A stretch of DNA of 57,464 bases, taken from positions 1 through 57,464 of the IMG/VR virus record IMGVR_UViG_3300044272_001842. One strand, 5' to 3'. The position numbers and the translations under genes were made by a program. Below are positions 1 through 9,660 of the stretch, in pieces. How positions within the stretch are numbered: position 1 is the first letter of the stretch; each line of letters starts with the position of its first letter. Origin of the DNA: a virus (lineage: Duplodnaviria; Caudoviricetes). The notes under the pieces are model-generated. The model was not told the origin of the DNA. It saw only the letters and a list, made by a program, of their open reading frames with translations, and did no database searches.

Positions 1-126
1 GGAGAAGATAGGTTCAACAGGTTCTTTCAGGGAGATTTAGATAATGTAGCTTCTGGTGAATTATTACAATCAGTTGGATCACAATTTGCTATTATGATGG
101 CAGAGGGATTTCCTGGAAATTTAAAT
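1..126. repeat. Terminal overlap, identical to 57337-57462 (circular assembly)
   Basis: 126 nt identical at both ends (GGAGAAGATAGG...GGAAATTTAAAT); falls inside a coding region. Confidence 0.95.
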
Positions 127-618
127 CAATCTGAAGTTGACTTGATTATTAAAGCCGCACCAAATATAGGTGTTACACGTGAAGGTCTAAAAACATTAAA
201 CGCTGTATTTACTGCCGCAAATAAGAGAGCTCAGTTAGAAGCACAATACTCAAGTGAATTTTTAAAAGACCCAGCAAATCAAGGTCTTGGAGCAGAAGCA
301 AAATACGCTAAATATAATGAGGGGTTACGTGAAATACGTGCCGCAAATAAAGTAATCACAGAAGAAATGGTCAGTGCAATAGAAGCAGAAGCAAAAGCAA
401 AACCAGTTCCAGAGGGTGGTATAGGTATTAAAAAACCAGACGGTGGTTTTGATGTATTAACTGCAACCCAAGCACAAGTTTTTGAAGTTGCTAAAAATAA
501 TGACTTAAATGACTTTTTAGCAAAATGGCCAGATCTTACTTCTCAATATCCAGAGTTAGCAGATAATGACGCTACGGCAACTTATCAATTATTAAAAGGT
601 TTTACTAGAGTAAACTAA
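1..618 (+). CDS. C-terminal part of a putative internal virion protein starting at 55561 (wraps the contig join)
   Basis: Frame of 94..618 continues the open frame from 55561 through the terminal overlap; about 797 aa in total. Confidence 0.8.
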   Translation, partial: GEDRFNRFFQGDLDNVASGELLQSVGSQFAIMMAEGFPGNLNQSEVDLIIKAAPNIGVTREGLKTLNAVFTAANKRAQLEAQYSSEFLKDPANQGLGAEAKYAKYNEGLREIRAANKVITEEMVSAIEAEAKAKPVPEGGIGIKKPDGGFDVLTATQAQVFEVAKNNDLNDFLAKWPDLTSQYPELADNDATATYQLLKGFTRVN

Positions 619-3600
619 TGGCTATTACTTTTCCAAAAAAAGGTGGGAGTACAACTCCTCAACAAGGTGGTGGTGTTACTTTTCCAAAAACTCAAAGTGC
701 TACACCTGATATAAAATTTACTCCTGGAGGTGCTAGATTTACACCTTTTGGATTAGGAGAGTTTGTTGATCTACAAGATAACACACTTAGTGAAGCTATG
801 CTAGAACAACAAATAGCCGATGATTTGTTGCAACTTGGTTTACCTGATCCTTCAGTAGGTGACTTTGAACCATTGTCTCCTGATATAACTGCCGCTAGAG
901 ATGCTGAAATTTTAGCTAATTATAATACGTTTAAGAATGCTGAGATTGATAGAATAGATTCAGTATTGACAGAAAAACTTGGTGATAAGTGGCAAGGATC
1001 ACGCACCAAAGGTCCAATAGGATTTACTGTTACTGATGGTTTAGTGCGAAGACAAAATGCTGGTACATTTGAAGATAGGCAATTATATTTTAAAAAACAT
1101 CATCCCGAAGGTAAGTACTCTCGCATACCAACAGGAGGTGGAAAATTTATAGAAGTTTATAGTCTTACACCAGACGGTGATGTTTTTACTGTAGATAATG
1201 TAGGGCTTGGTACATTACCTCAAACAACTGGAGCGATTACCGCTAACGTAGGTAATTTCACAACCGTTGGAAGTTTAGTGGGTACTGTTTTTAAACCTTT
1301 CGTAGGCACTGCTGTTGGAGCTTCATTAGGGAATTTAATTGATCAGGCTATTGCTGATGAAACTTCTTTAGATAATTTTGAACTTTTACAAGGTCTTGAT
1401 AAAGGTGATGCGGCTACAATAGGTATAGTAGATGGTATAATAACAAAATTTCTTCCTGTATTAGGAGGTAAACTAAAACAAGGGATCACAGGTGAAACTG
1501 GAGCTTCCATTTTAGCTAGAAAAACTTCAGGTCCACAGGCATTAAAAGCTCAACAAGCCGCAGAAAGATTAGGGTTGCCTTTATTTGGTGCGGCACAATT
1601 AGCGAGTGATAATAAATTGATTCAAGCCGCATTTACTCAAACCGCTGGAACATCTAGTATTCCTGGACGACTGATAAATAAACAACAACGAGCATTGTTT
1701 GAAAGATTAAAACAAAAAGCGCAAAGTGATTTTGACTCTTTTACAGCAGAAGAATTAAGCACCTATACAAAACTTCAACAAGATGAATTAGCAGAGCAAG
1801 TATACCAACTTGTCGCTAATAAATTTGGTGGTACTTTACCAGAAGGTATGACATTAGAGGGTATTGAGCGTGGTATAAGAGATTCAGCTAGTAAACTACA
1901 AGTATCTCATAATGAGCTTATTGATGAGGCCTATAAAAAAGCTTTTAATACTGCTGGTTCAGATAGAGTTGTATTTGATCTTACACCTTTAAAAAGTATA
2001 GCAAGAGATATACAACTTGGAACACAAATAAGAACAACCCCAAAACGAGTAAACAAAGCTGGTAGGGCTATCGATGCACAAGGGAAGTTAATACCAACAC
2101 CTACAACTCGTGCTGAAGGTGAGTTAAGCGGTGAACTTAAAGAAATTACAAATGCATTAATTAATGTGCTTGACCCAAAAGTTTCCAAGCTCGTTGTAAA
2201 AGATCAAGGTAAGAAAAAAAGTTTTGATGCATTAAGTCAGCTGAAAGGTTTGCGTGATAGAGCAAGTAGATTGATGAATGACCAAAATGATTCTAAATCT
2301 GCAAAACTTATTGTCGACGCTATAGATGAAATTTTAGAGAATCCTGTCGGTGGTAGTAAAGAGTTTTTAAAATTTTATGATGAAGCAAAAACATTAGTTA
2401 AACTTAAATCTGATACTCTTAATGCTTCTAATATTGCAAGTATGTTTTCTCGTAAATCTGATGTAATGCCAAACGAGCTTGCAGAAAAATTTTGGACAGG
2501 TCAATTTACTTCTAAAGATTGGGATTATTTTACTAAAATGGCAAAGGGAGCGGCTGGTAATAAACCAGATGCTAAAATAGCCGCACAACAATTAATAGCA
2601 GATGTGCAAGATGGTTTTATAACATGGTTATATCAAAATCCAGCTAAGACACAAGAACGAATACGGACTATTATGGAAGCAGATAGCGATTTATTTGAAA
2701 AAATAGTTCCTAATGTTGGTGACCGTAAAGCCTTAGCGAATATTTCTCAGAAATCTTCTTGGTTACAATCAGATGGTGTACAAGCCGCTATGAAGCGTGA
2801 TATGACAGTGGGTGAAAGAGCGTTAAAAGCAATTGAATCAATGACCGAAAAAGAAATGATTAACTTTATTAATAAAAATGGTGGTATTGATGGTAAAGCC
2901 GCTACGCAAATGCGAGCGGCTGTTTTTAATAGAATATTAGAGAGAGTTTCAGACCTTGATAAACAAGATCTTAACATAGTAGATGTTAAAAAGTTACGTG
3001 ACCAGTTTAATTACCTTTTAAATTTTAATCAACAAGAAGGGTACGGTAGTTTTAAACCTTTGTTCCAATCAGCTACAGTAAAAAATGATATCCCTACTTA
3101 TGATGGGAAAACTAACGAGTACATCAAAGATTTGATGGACAATAGACTTTATGCATCTTTTCTTGCTGGTTTTCAAGTAGATGCGGGAGGTCAAATACAA
3201 GCGGCCGCATCTATAGCTGGTTTAGCAAAATTAGAGTTTCAGGCATTTAAAACTATTTTTACAAATAATATCATGGCTAATATTTTTGCCAGTCCACCTT
3301 CAGTCTCTCAGTTAAAAAAAATACATGGTGGGGGTGCTACAACGGCGACACGAAGGTTTTGGAATAGACGCAAAGGAAATGTATTCGCTAATATTTTGGG
3401 TCAGTTAGGTGATAAATTTAGTAAAGATGTGGAAACACCTAAAGAAGAAGTTGAACGCACAGGTCAACCTCCACAAATGGGAGATGATTTAAGTGAACCC
3501 ACAGCTAGTGTTTTACCTTCAGTTACACCACAGCCCCCCACCTTACCTACACAAACAGCTGGATTAAACATACCTCCGCTACCTTTGGCATCTACTCCCA

Positions 3601-3698
3601 CTCGATCAGGAACAAATTACGATTCATTGTTCCCACGTGATGATATAGGTAGTGCTATCGCAAATAGAAACAGATCAGGAATAATGGCATTAACATAA
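618..3698 (+). CDS. Large putative internal virion / DNA ejection protein
   Basis: 1026 aa, Ala/Gly/Lys-rich and helical in character; last of a run of large genes after the tail genes; function inferred from position. Confidence 0.5.
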   Translation: MAITFPKKGGSTTPQQGGGVTFPKTQSATPDIKFTPGGARFTPFGLGEFVDLQDNTLSEAMLEQQIADDLLQLGLPDPSVGDFEPLSPDITAARDAEILANYNTFKNAEIDRIDSVLTEKLGDKWQGSRTKGPIGFTVTDGLVRRQNAGTFEDRQLYFKKHHPEGKYSRIPTGGGKFIEVYSLTPDGDVFTVDNVGLGTLPQTTGAITANVGNFTTVGSLVGTVFKPFVGTAVGASLGNLIDQAIADETSLDNFELLQGLDKGDAATIGIVDGIITKFLPVLGGKLKQGITGETGASILARKTSGPQALKAQQAAERLGLPLFGAAQLASDNKLIQAAFTQTAGTSSIPGRLINKQQRALFERLKQKAQSDFDSFTAEELSTYTKLQQDELAEQVYQLVANKFGGTLPEGMTLEGIERGIRDSASKLQVSHNELIDEAYKKAFNTAGSDRVVFDLTPLKSIARDIQLGTQIRTTPKRVNKAGRAIDAQGKLIPTPTTRAEGELSGELKEITNALINVLDPKVSKLVVKDQGKKKSFDALSQLKGLRDRASRLMNDQNDSKSAKLIVDAIDEILENPVGGSKEFLKFYDEAKTLVKLKSDTLNASNIASMFSRKSDVMPNELAEKFWTGQFTSKDWDYFTKMAKGAAGNKPDAKIAAQQLIADVQDGFITWLYQNPAKTQERIRTIMEADSDLFEKIVPNVGDRKALANISQKSSWLQSDGVQAAMKRDMTVGERALKAIESMTEKEMINFINKNGGIDGKAATQMRAAVFNRILERVSDLDKQDLNIVDVKKLRDQFNYLLNFNQQEGYGSFKPLFQSATVKNDIPTYDGKTNEYIKDLMDNRLYASFLAGFQVDAGGQIQAAASIAGLAKLEFQAFKTIFTNNIMANIFASPPSVSQLKKIHGGGATTATRRFWNRRKGNVFANILGQLGDKFSKDVETPKEEVERTGQPPQMGDDLSEPTASVLPSVTPQPPTLPTQTAGLNIPPLPLASTPTRSGTNYDSLFPRDDIGSAIANRNRSGIMALT

Positions 3699-4141
3699 TG
3701 AATATAAAAAAATTACAAGCAGAGCTAGAACTAGACGAGGGTTGCAAGTATGAAATATACTTGGATCATTTGGGTTATCCCACTTTTGGTATTGGTCATC
3801 TTATACGTGATGATGATCAAGAGCATGGACAACCTGTTGGAACAGTGGTCTCAAAAGATAGAGTATCAGAATGCTTCACTCGCGACATCGACGTGGTGCT
3901 CAAAGACTGTGAGGTCATATTCCCCGCTCTTCAAGCATTGCCCGATGAAGTCCAATTAATCATAGCAAATATGATGTTTAATTTAGGAAGACCAAGATTT
4001 AGTAAATTTAAAAAATTTATAGCGGCTATCAATAATCGAAACTGGCAAGAGGCCGCAGATCAAATGGTTGATTCAAGATGGTATAATCAAGTTCCAAACA
4101 GAGCGCAACGTCTTGAACAACGCATGAGAGCAGTTACCTAA
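3698..4141 (+). CDS. Lysozyme / endolysin (T4-lysozyme-like, GH24)
   Basis: DEG-x6-D-x5-T catalytic signature (DEGCKYEIYLDHLGYPTFGIGH), NMMFNLG, SRWYNQVPNRA. Confidence 0.9.
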   Translation: MNIKKLQAELELDEGCKYEIYLDHLGYPTFGIGHLIRDDDQEHGQPVGTVVSKDRVSECFTRDIDVVLKDCEVIFPALQALPDEVQLIIANMMFNLGRPRFSKFKKFIAAINNRNWQEAADQMVDSRWYNQVPNRAQRLEQRMRAVT

Positions 4142-4621
4142 ATGGTTGATCCAGTATCAGCAATGGCGATTGCTGGAGCGGCTTTTTCTGCACTAAAAAA
4201 AGGTGTATCAATAGGTCGTGATATTGAAAGCATGGGTAAGGATTTATCACGGTGGATGTCGGCGGTATCAGATATAGATCGTGCTCACCATGAAGCAAAA
4301 AACCCACCAATATTTAAAAAGATATTTAATGCTAAAAGTGTTGAAGAAGAAGCGATTGAGCTATTTACGCAAAAGAAACAATTAGAAAATCAACGTGATG
4401 AGTTACGTAAATTAATTAGTGCGATGTGTGGTCCAAATGCTTGGCAAGAATTGTTACGCATGGAAGCAGATATTCGTAAACAAAGAAAAGAAACATTATA
4501 CGCTCAACGAGAAGCAAGAAGACATTTTATAGAAATAGTAAGTATAATATTTTTGATACTTACAGTATGTGGGTTTTTCATATTTTTATTCTATCTTTGG
4601 TATAATAGGAGTAAGTTTTAA
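4142..4621 (+). CDS. Hypothetical coiled-coil protein with C-terminal transmembrane helix
   Basis: 159-aa ORF abutting the lysozyme gene; hydrophobic C-terminus. Confidence 0.6.
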   Translation: MVDPVSAMAIAGAAFSALKKGVSIGRDIESMGKDLSRWMSAVSDIDRAHHEAKNPPIFKKIFNAKSVEEEAIELFTQKKQLENQRDELRKLISAMCGPNAWQELLRMEADIRKQRKETLYAQREARRHFIEIVSIIFLILTVCGFFIFLFYLWYNRSKF

Positions 4622-6054
4622 ATAATCCAATCCCTAAAATCTTCCGCTAATACCTGACTTGCTATATTAATCTTATTACGTAGTGCTTTTAATACACGTT
4701 CATCTGTAGTGTTCTCAGCTATAATATCTATATAAGTTACTTTACTAGTTTGACCTATACGATGTGCTCTATCCTCGCTTTGTAATCTAACTTCTAAATC
4801 AAAATTATTGCTATAATATATAACAGTCTTAGCTTGTGTAAGAGTTAAACCATACCCACCTGTTCTTGGTTGTCCAACAAAATAATTTAGTGGACTGTCT
4901 GGGTTTTGGAAAATATTTACGATCTCCTGCCGTTGGTTACTTTCTGTCTCACCATAGTAAGTAGCCACAGTATTTTCACCATACTTATCAGCTATTGCTT
5001 TTTGTATAGAGATAATATCATGTGTAAATGTAGCCCAAATTATTACTTTACCATCTGTCTCTTCTAGTATGGACATAAGCTCAGGTAGTTTTGCTGAATC
5101 AAATATTTTCATAACACCATCGTCAGTTTTTACATGTCCAGAGCAAACTTGTTGCATACGTAACAGTTGAGTAAGTATAGTATCAGTAGTAACATTACCT
5201 TCTTTCATCATGGCAAGTGCAAAACTTTTTAAACTATCATATACAGACCTTTGTTCTTTTGTGAGTTCTACACTACGTTTTACATACACTTTATCTGGTA
5301 AATCCAAACAATCTTCTTTTTTAACTCTGAAACTAAATTTTTCTAATAACGAGTTTAATTTTTGTAAATTCCTGTAGCCTACCACTTGATTAAAACTATG
5401 CGCTCCCATAGTTCTACGTTGTACTACTGCATACTCATGCTGGAAACTAAAGAAACTACTATGACCTAATAACCACGGATCAAGAAACTCACACTGTGAA
5501 TACAAGTCCAGAGGGCTTTTTGTTACTGGAGAGCCTGTAAGTATACGCCTGTACTTAGCGTGTTTTCCTAGAGAAACCACCGTTTTTGTACGTTTTGCAT
5601 CTTTATTTTTTATAGTAGTGCTTTCATCTATAGCCATGAGAGCATCGTGAGCTATCAAAAATTTTTCTGCTATAGTAGCACCTTTTTTAGTGCTCAATGC
5701 TTCTACGTTCATAATAAATATTTTTAAATTATCATCAGGGAAAAATAATTTACGTTGTTCTTCTAGTTGTTTTTTAGTTTGGTTAGGATTCCACAAAACA
5801 ATGTCAGCGATTACATGTTTCGGTAAATGATTTGGTAACTCACCACGTTCCCAGTTTCTATACACACCTTTTGGTGCGACAACTAATGCACCAGTAATTT
5901 CTCCACGGTCATATAATATGCACATGTTATCAATTAATACTTTTGATTTGCCTGTACCCATATCCATAAAGTATGCAAACTCTGATGTATTCCAAGATTT
6001 AGTAAGCGCATCAAGCTGATGCTCATATGGCTTGTGTTTAAATTTATAACGCAT
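4618..6054 (-). CDS. SNF2-family (SF2) helicase
   Basis: MDMGTGKS (motif I), DEST (II), LTGSP (III), GLTLT, QSEDRAHRIGQ (VI); likely start MRYKFK at 6054; the only clear minus-strand gene. Confidence 0.92.
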   Translation of the reverse strand: MRYKFKHKPYEHQLDALTKSWNTSEFAYFMDMGTGKSKVLIDNMCILYDRGEITGALVVAPKGVYRNWERGELPNHLPKHVIADIVLWNPNQTKKQLEEQRKLFFPDDNLKIFIMNVEALSTKKGATIAEKFLIAHDALMAIDESTTIKNKDAKRTKTVVSLGKHAKYRRILTGSPVTKSPLDLYSQCEFLDPWLLGHSSFFSFQHEYAVVQRRTMGAHSFNQVVGYRNLQKLNSLLEKFSFRVKKEDCLDLPDKVYVKRSVELTKEQRSVYDSLKSFALAMMKEGNVTTDTILTQLLRMQQVCSGHVKTDDGVMKIFDSAKLPELMSILEETDGKVIIWATFTHDIISIQKAIADKYGENTVATYYGETESNQRQEIVNIFQNPDSPLNYFVGQPRTGGYGLTLTQAKTVIYYSNNFDLEVRLQSEDRAHRIGQTSKVTYIDIIAENTTDERVLKALRNKINIASQVLAEDFRDWII

Positions 6055-6122
6055 CTCACCACTTTCTGACTGGTTACTTATAATACACCCAAAACAAAAT
6101 ATCACCTAAACTTTTTTAGTCC

Positions 6123-6149
6123 TGTATAATCTCGCGAGGCCAGTCAAAG
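6123..6149 (-). repeat. 27-bp element, inverted copy of 25454-25480
   Basis: Minus strand CTTTGACTGGCCTCGCGAGATTATACA vs CTTTGACTGGCCGCGCGACATTTTACA, 24/27 identical. Confidence 0.85.
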
Positions 6150-6281
6150 ATACTAGATATCGTATATTATAATATCTGATGGATTACTTAGATAACTTTT
6201 TTGTTTTATTACTATATATAAAAGTGCATAATATTTTGGTAGGCAATCCTGCCTACATAGAAAGTAACGGAGTAGAAAGCC

Positions 6282-6602
6282 GTGACAGTCTACATAACAC
6301 AAGAAGTGCGTGGTAGAGATATCACTGATGCAGTTGCCTTTGGCGATTTGCAAATACTTGTTCCTGCAAAAGAGCAAGTAGCATTTAGTACACAACCGAC
6401 AGTGCGTAGGATTGAAAAAGGTTTGCGAAAGTTTAATGACAATGACTTTTTATTATTATCAGGTGATCCTGTATGCATAGGCATAGCCTGTGCTCAGGCG
6501 GCTAAATGTAATAATGGTAAGTTCAAAGTGTTAAAGTGGGACAGGCTGGAAGGCAAGTATTATCCACTAACGGTTGATTTATACCATAGGAGGAGTCTGT
6601 AA
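6282..6602 (+). CDS. Hypothetical phage protein
   Basis: GTG start, first gene of the replication operon, overlaps the next start codon. Confidence 0.7.
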   Translation: MTVYITQEVRGRDITDAVAFGDLQILVPAKEQVAFSTQPTVRRIEKGLRKFNDNDFLLLSGDPVCIGIACAQAAKCNNGKFKVLKWDRLEGKYYPLTVDLYHRRSL

Positions 6603-7150
6603 TGCAGGACTTTGAAAGTGTGGCTAGTGACCTGACTAGCCTAGATAAATCAGGTATAAGCACTATCAGTAACCTATGCAAACAGCAACTTACGTTAGAA
6701 CAACGTATAGCTGACCTTGAACAAGAGCTCAAGGATGCAAAACAAGAGCATCGTAAAGTAGCTGAGGATTTACTTCCTGCCGCTATGGATGAATATGGTG
6801 TTGCTGAACTTAAAATGGATGATGGTTCTAAAATAAACGTATCACCGTTTTATAGTGCGAGTATACCAAAAGCTAAACAGGATGAAGCTTTTAAATGGCT
6901 TACCGAACAGGGGCATGGTTCATTAATAAAAAACCATGTGACTGCGGCTTTTGGTCGTGGCGAGGATAACCTTGCTAAAGACTTGCTTGCCGAGCTTGAT
7001 CAGCGTGGTATGGCAACACAAACAAAGACGTGGGTTGAACCCATGACACTCAAGTCTTTTGTTAAAGAGCAAGTAGAAAAAGGTGAAAACCTACCGTACG
7101 ACTTGCTTGGCATATTCGTGGGGCAGAAAGCTAAAGTAACAAGGAGCTAA
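6602..7150 (+). CDS. Hypothetical replication-module protein with N-terminal coiled coil
   Basis: AGGAGGAG RBS; 182 aa; lies directly before the SSB-like gene. Confidence 0.7.
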   Translation: MQDFESVASDLTSLDKSGISTISNLCKQQLTLEQRIADLEQELKDAKQEHRKVAEDLLPAAMDEYGVAELKMDDGSKINVSPFYSASIPKAKQDEAFKWLTEQGHGSLIKNHVTAAFGRGEDNLAKDLLAELDQRGMATQTKTWVEPMTLKSFVKEQVEKGENLPYDLLGIFVGQKAKVTRS

Positions 7151-7152
7151 AA

Positions 7153-7935
7153 ATGGCAAATGAAGTAACTAAAAAGAGTGCTACAAATGTTGCACTAAAT
7201 AGCTTTGAGGAGTTTGGTTCGCTAGGGTTTGAGGAAACACGTACAGATGATATGGCTGTGCCTTTCCTTAGAATACTTGCACAGCTAAGTCCACAAGTTA
7301 ATAAACGTGAGGGTGCTTACGTTGAAGGAGCAGAGGCAGGAATGGTATTTAATACTGTTTCTAACAAAGTGTATGACGGTGAACAAGGTGTGCTTGTAGT
7401 ACCTTGTTACTATAATCGTAGGTTTGTGGAGTGGGCTCCTAGGGAAAAAGGTGGTGGATATTTTGGTAGCTTCCACCCTGATGACCCCATAACTCAAACT
7501 ACTACTAAAAATGAACGTGGTGAAGATGTGCTACCAAGTGGTAATCTACTCACAAACACGGCTCAGTTTTTTGTAATACTAATTGATGAAGATGGTCCTC
7601 AGCGTTGTTTAATTACAATGAGTAGTACACAATTACGTAAAGCTCGTAAGTGGGTAACGCAAATGAACTCACTTACGTCAGTAGGTAAAAACGGTACTTT
7701 CGTTTTACCTATGATGTCACATAAATACCAACTAACAACAGTAGCAGAATCTAATGATAAAGGTTCTTGGTTTGGTTGGGATATACATAAGGTAGGTATG
7801 CTTGACCTTAGTCAAGAACGTGACCTTTTTGATATGGCAGTAGAGTTTGCAAAGTCTGTAAAAGCTGGAGAAGTAGAGGTAAAAGAAACACCTGAAACTC
7901 CACAAAAACAGGCTGATGACGACTCGCCATTCTAA
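7153..7935 (+). CDS. Putative single-stranded DNA-binding / annealing protein
   Basis: Acidic C-terminal tail ending DDDSPF; NDKGSWFGW; position in the replication module. Confidence 0.55.
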   Translation: MANEVTKKSATNVALNSFEEFGSLGFEETRTDDMAVPFLRILAQLSPQVNKREGAYVEGAEAGMVFNTVSNKVYDGEQGVLVVPCYYNRRFVEWAPREKGGGYFGSFHPDDPITQTTTKNERGEDVLPSGNLLTNTAQFFVILIDEDGPQRCLITMSSTQLRKARKWVTQMNSLTSVGKNGTFVLPMMSHKYQLTTVAESNDKGSWFGWDIHKVGMLDLSQERDLFDMAVEFAKSVKAGEVEVKETPETPQKQADDDSPF

Positions 7936-7966
7936 CAACAGTAGGAGTTGATCGCCTACCGTTGCG

Positions 7967-8002
7967 GAACGGTGTACATTTGCGCTCAAATGTACACCGT
8001 TC
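7967..8002. other. Perfect 16-bp inverted repeat with a 4-nt loop upstream of the primase RBS
   Basis: GAACGGTGTACATTTG-CGCT-CAAATGTACACCGTTC. Confidence 0.9.
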
Positions 8003-8017
8003 TACCTCTTGGAGTTT

Positions 8018-9535
8018 ATGATGGAATTAGCAGAAAATTTTTTAAAATTATTTGAAGGCAACAAACGAGCACATGGGATATTTAATCCTGATGAGCAACG
8101 TGCCGATGGTAAAAAATTAGGTGTCTATAAAATAATTAAACAGCCTCCTACTGTGGAATTATGGCAACAACACTTAGATGGGAAACAGGGTTTAGGTATT
8201 ATACCAATACGTGATGATAATATGTGTACGTGGGGTGCGATAGACATTGATAATTATGAAGTTGACCACCAAGTTTTAGTAAAGAAATTAAAAGGAGCTA
8301 AGATTCCTGGATGGGTTGGTAGGAGTAAATCAGGGGGAGCACATATATACTTTTTCTTTACTGACCCTATAAAAGCAGGATTTGTACAATCTAAACTTAC
8401 AGAGTTAGCGGCTTCATTAGGACATGCAGAGGGGGAAATATTCCCTAAACAATCAACTATTCTTGTAGACAGAGGTGATACAGGTAATGGTTTGAACATG
8501 CCCTATTTTAAAGGTGATTTAAGCACTCGATCTGTTTATAATTTTAGTGGCGAAATTATGACACCAGAGGAGTTTGTGCAACAGGCACATAGGTTTCGTA
8601 TTGGTCCAGATAGTTTTAGAGATTTTACAATATCAAAACCAGAACCAAAGTTAAAAGATGGTCCTCCTTGTTTGAATGCACTTTGTGAGCAAGGTTTTGG
8701 TGAAGGGTCACGTAATAATGCGTTATTTAATCTAGGTGTCTATGCTCGTATGTTTGATGGAGATAATTGGGAAGCTTTAGTTCAACGCTACAATGTAGAT
8801 TATTTACACCCACCTTTGAGTCATAATGAAGTCGGTGCTGTAATAAAACAGTTACAACGAAAAGATTATCACTACAAATGTGAAGATCAACCTGTCAAAC
8901 CTTTTTGTAATAAGGATATATGCATAACTCGTAAGTATGGTGTTGGTCCAGCTGGAGTACAAAATCAGATGTCTAGCTTAACAAAAATAGATGGTGACCC
9001 ACCGATATGGATACTTGATGTTGATGGTCAACGTGTTGAGTTAAGCACTGATGGGTTGATTAGTCAAACACGTTTTCAAAAAGACTGTGTGGCTCAAATC
9101 AATAAACTGCCTATTGCCGTTAGTCAAAGAGCATGGCAGACTAGAATACAACTATTACTGGATAACTTAACTATTGTTGAAGTGCCACCAGATGCTACAA
9201 TAAAAGGAGAGTTTGAAGATTTATTATCACAGTTTTGCACAGACAGAGCAAAGGGTACAGATCGTGAGGATATACTACAAGGAGTTGCTGTTTGGGCAGA
9301 AAGTAAAGTTTATTTTCAGGTAAAGGATATAAAGAAACATTTGTCTGTAAATGACTTTAATCACTACACTTCTAATAAAATAACCTTAAGATTACAGGGA
9401 TTGGAGGCTGAAAAAATGTTTTGGAGAGTAAAAGGTAAAGGCATACATGTATGGTCATTACCACAAGACTACTTTGCAACAAATGATGAGCCTTTAGCTT
9501 TACCTGATATGCCTATGGAGGATAACATACTATGA
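8018..9535 (+). CDS. Archaeo-eukaryotic-type primase with PriCT-like domain
   Basis: AIDID (DxD), RSKSGGAHIY, GEGSRNNALFNLG; GGAG RBS before ATG 8018. Confidence 0.75.
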   Translation: MMELAENFLKLFEGNKRAHGIFNPDEQRADGKKLGVYKIIKQPPTVELWQQHLDGKQGLGIIPIRDDNMCTWGAIDIDNYEVDHQVLVKKLKGAKIPGWVGRSKSGGAHIYFFFTDPIKAGFVQSKLTELAASLGHAEGEIFPKQSTILVDRGDTGNGLNMPYFKGDLSTRSVYNFSGEIMTPEEFVQQAHRFRIGPDSFRDFTISKPEPKLKDGPPCLNALCEQGFGEGSRNNALFNLGVYARMFDGDNWEALVQRYNVDYLHPPLSHNEVGAVIKQLQRKDYHYKCEDQPVKPFCNKDICITRKYGVGPAGVQNQMSSLTKIDGDPPIWILDVDGQRVELSTDGLISQTRFQKDCVAQINKLPIAVSQRAWQTRIQLLLDNLTIVEVPPDATIKGEFEDLLSQFCTDRAKGTDREDILQGVAVWAESKVYFQVKDIKKHLSVNDFNHYTSNKITLRLQGLEAEKMFWRVKGKGIHVWSLPQDYFATNDEPLALPDMPMEDNIL

Positions 9536-9660
9536 TATTTAGAAATTTATTAAGTAAAATATTTCCTTGGATACAACCAAAAGGTTCTGTATCTGTGCAA
9601 GTACAAGGTGCTTCTTCTACCACAGCTAAAAAACCTAGAGGTCGACCTAAGAAAAAATGA
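9532..9660 (+). CDS. 42-aa peptide with C-terminal AT-hook-like motif (not in ORF track)
   Basis: MIFRNLLSKIFPWIQ...KKPRGRPKKK; ATGA overlaps with both neighbouring genes. Confidence 0.65.
   Translation: MIFRNLLSKIFPWIQPKGSVSVQVQGASSTTAKKPRGRPKKK

Noticed and set aside
1-126. Biological direct terminal repeat
   Set aside because: It lies mid-gene and its length matches a typical assembler k-mer overlap
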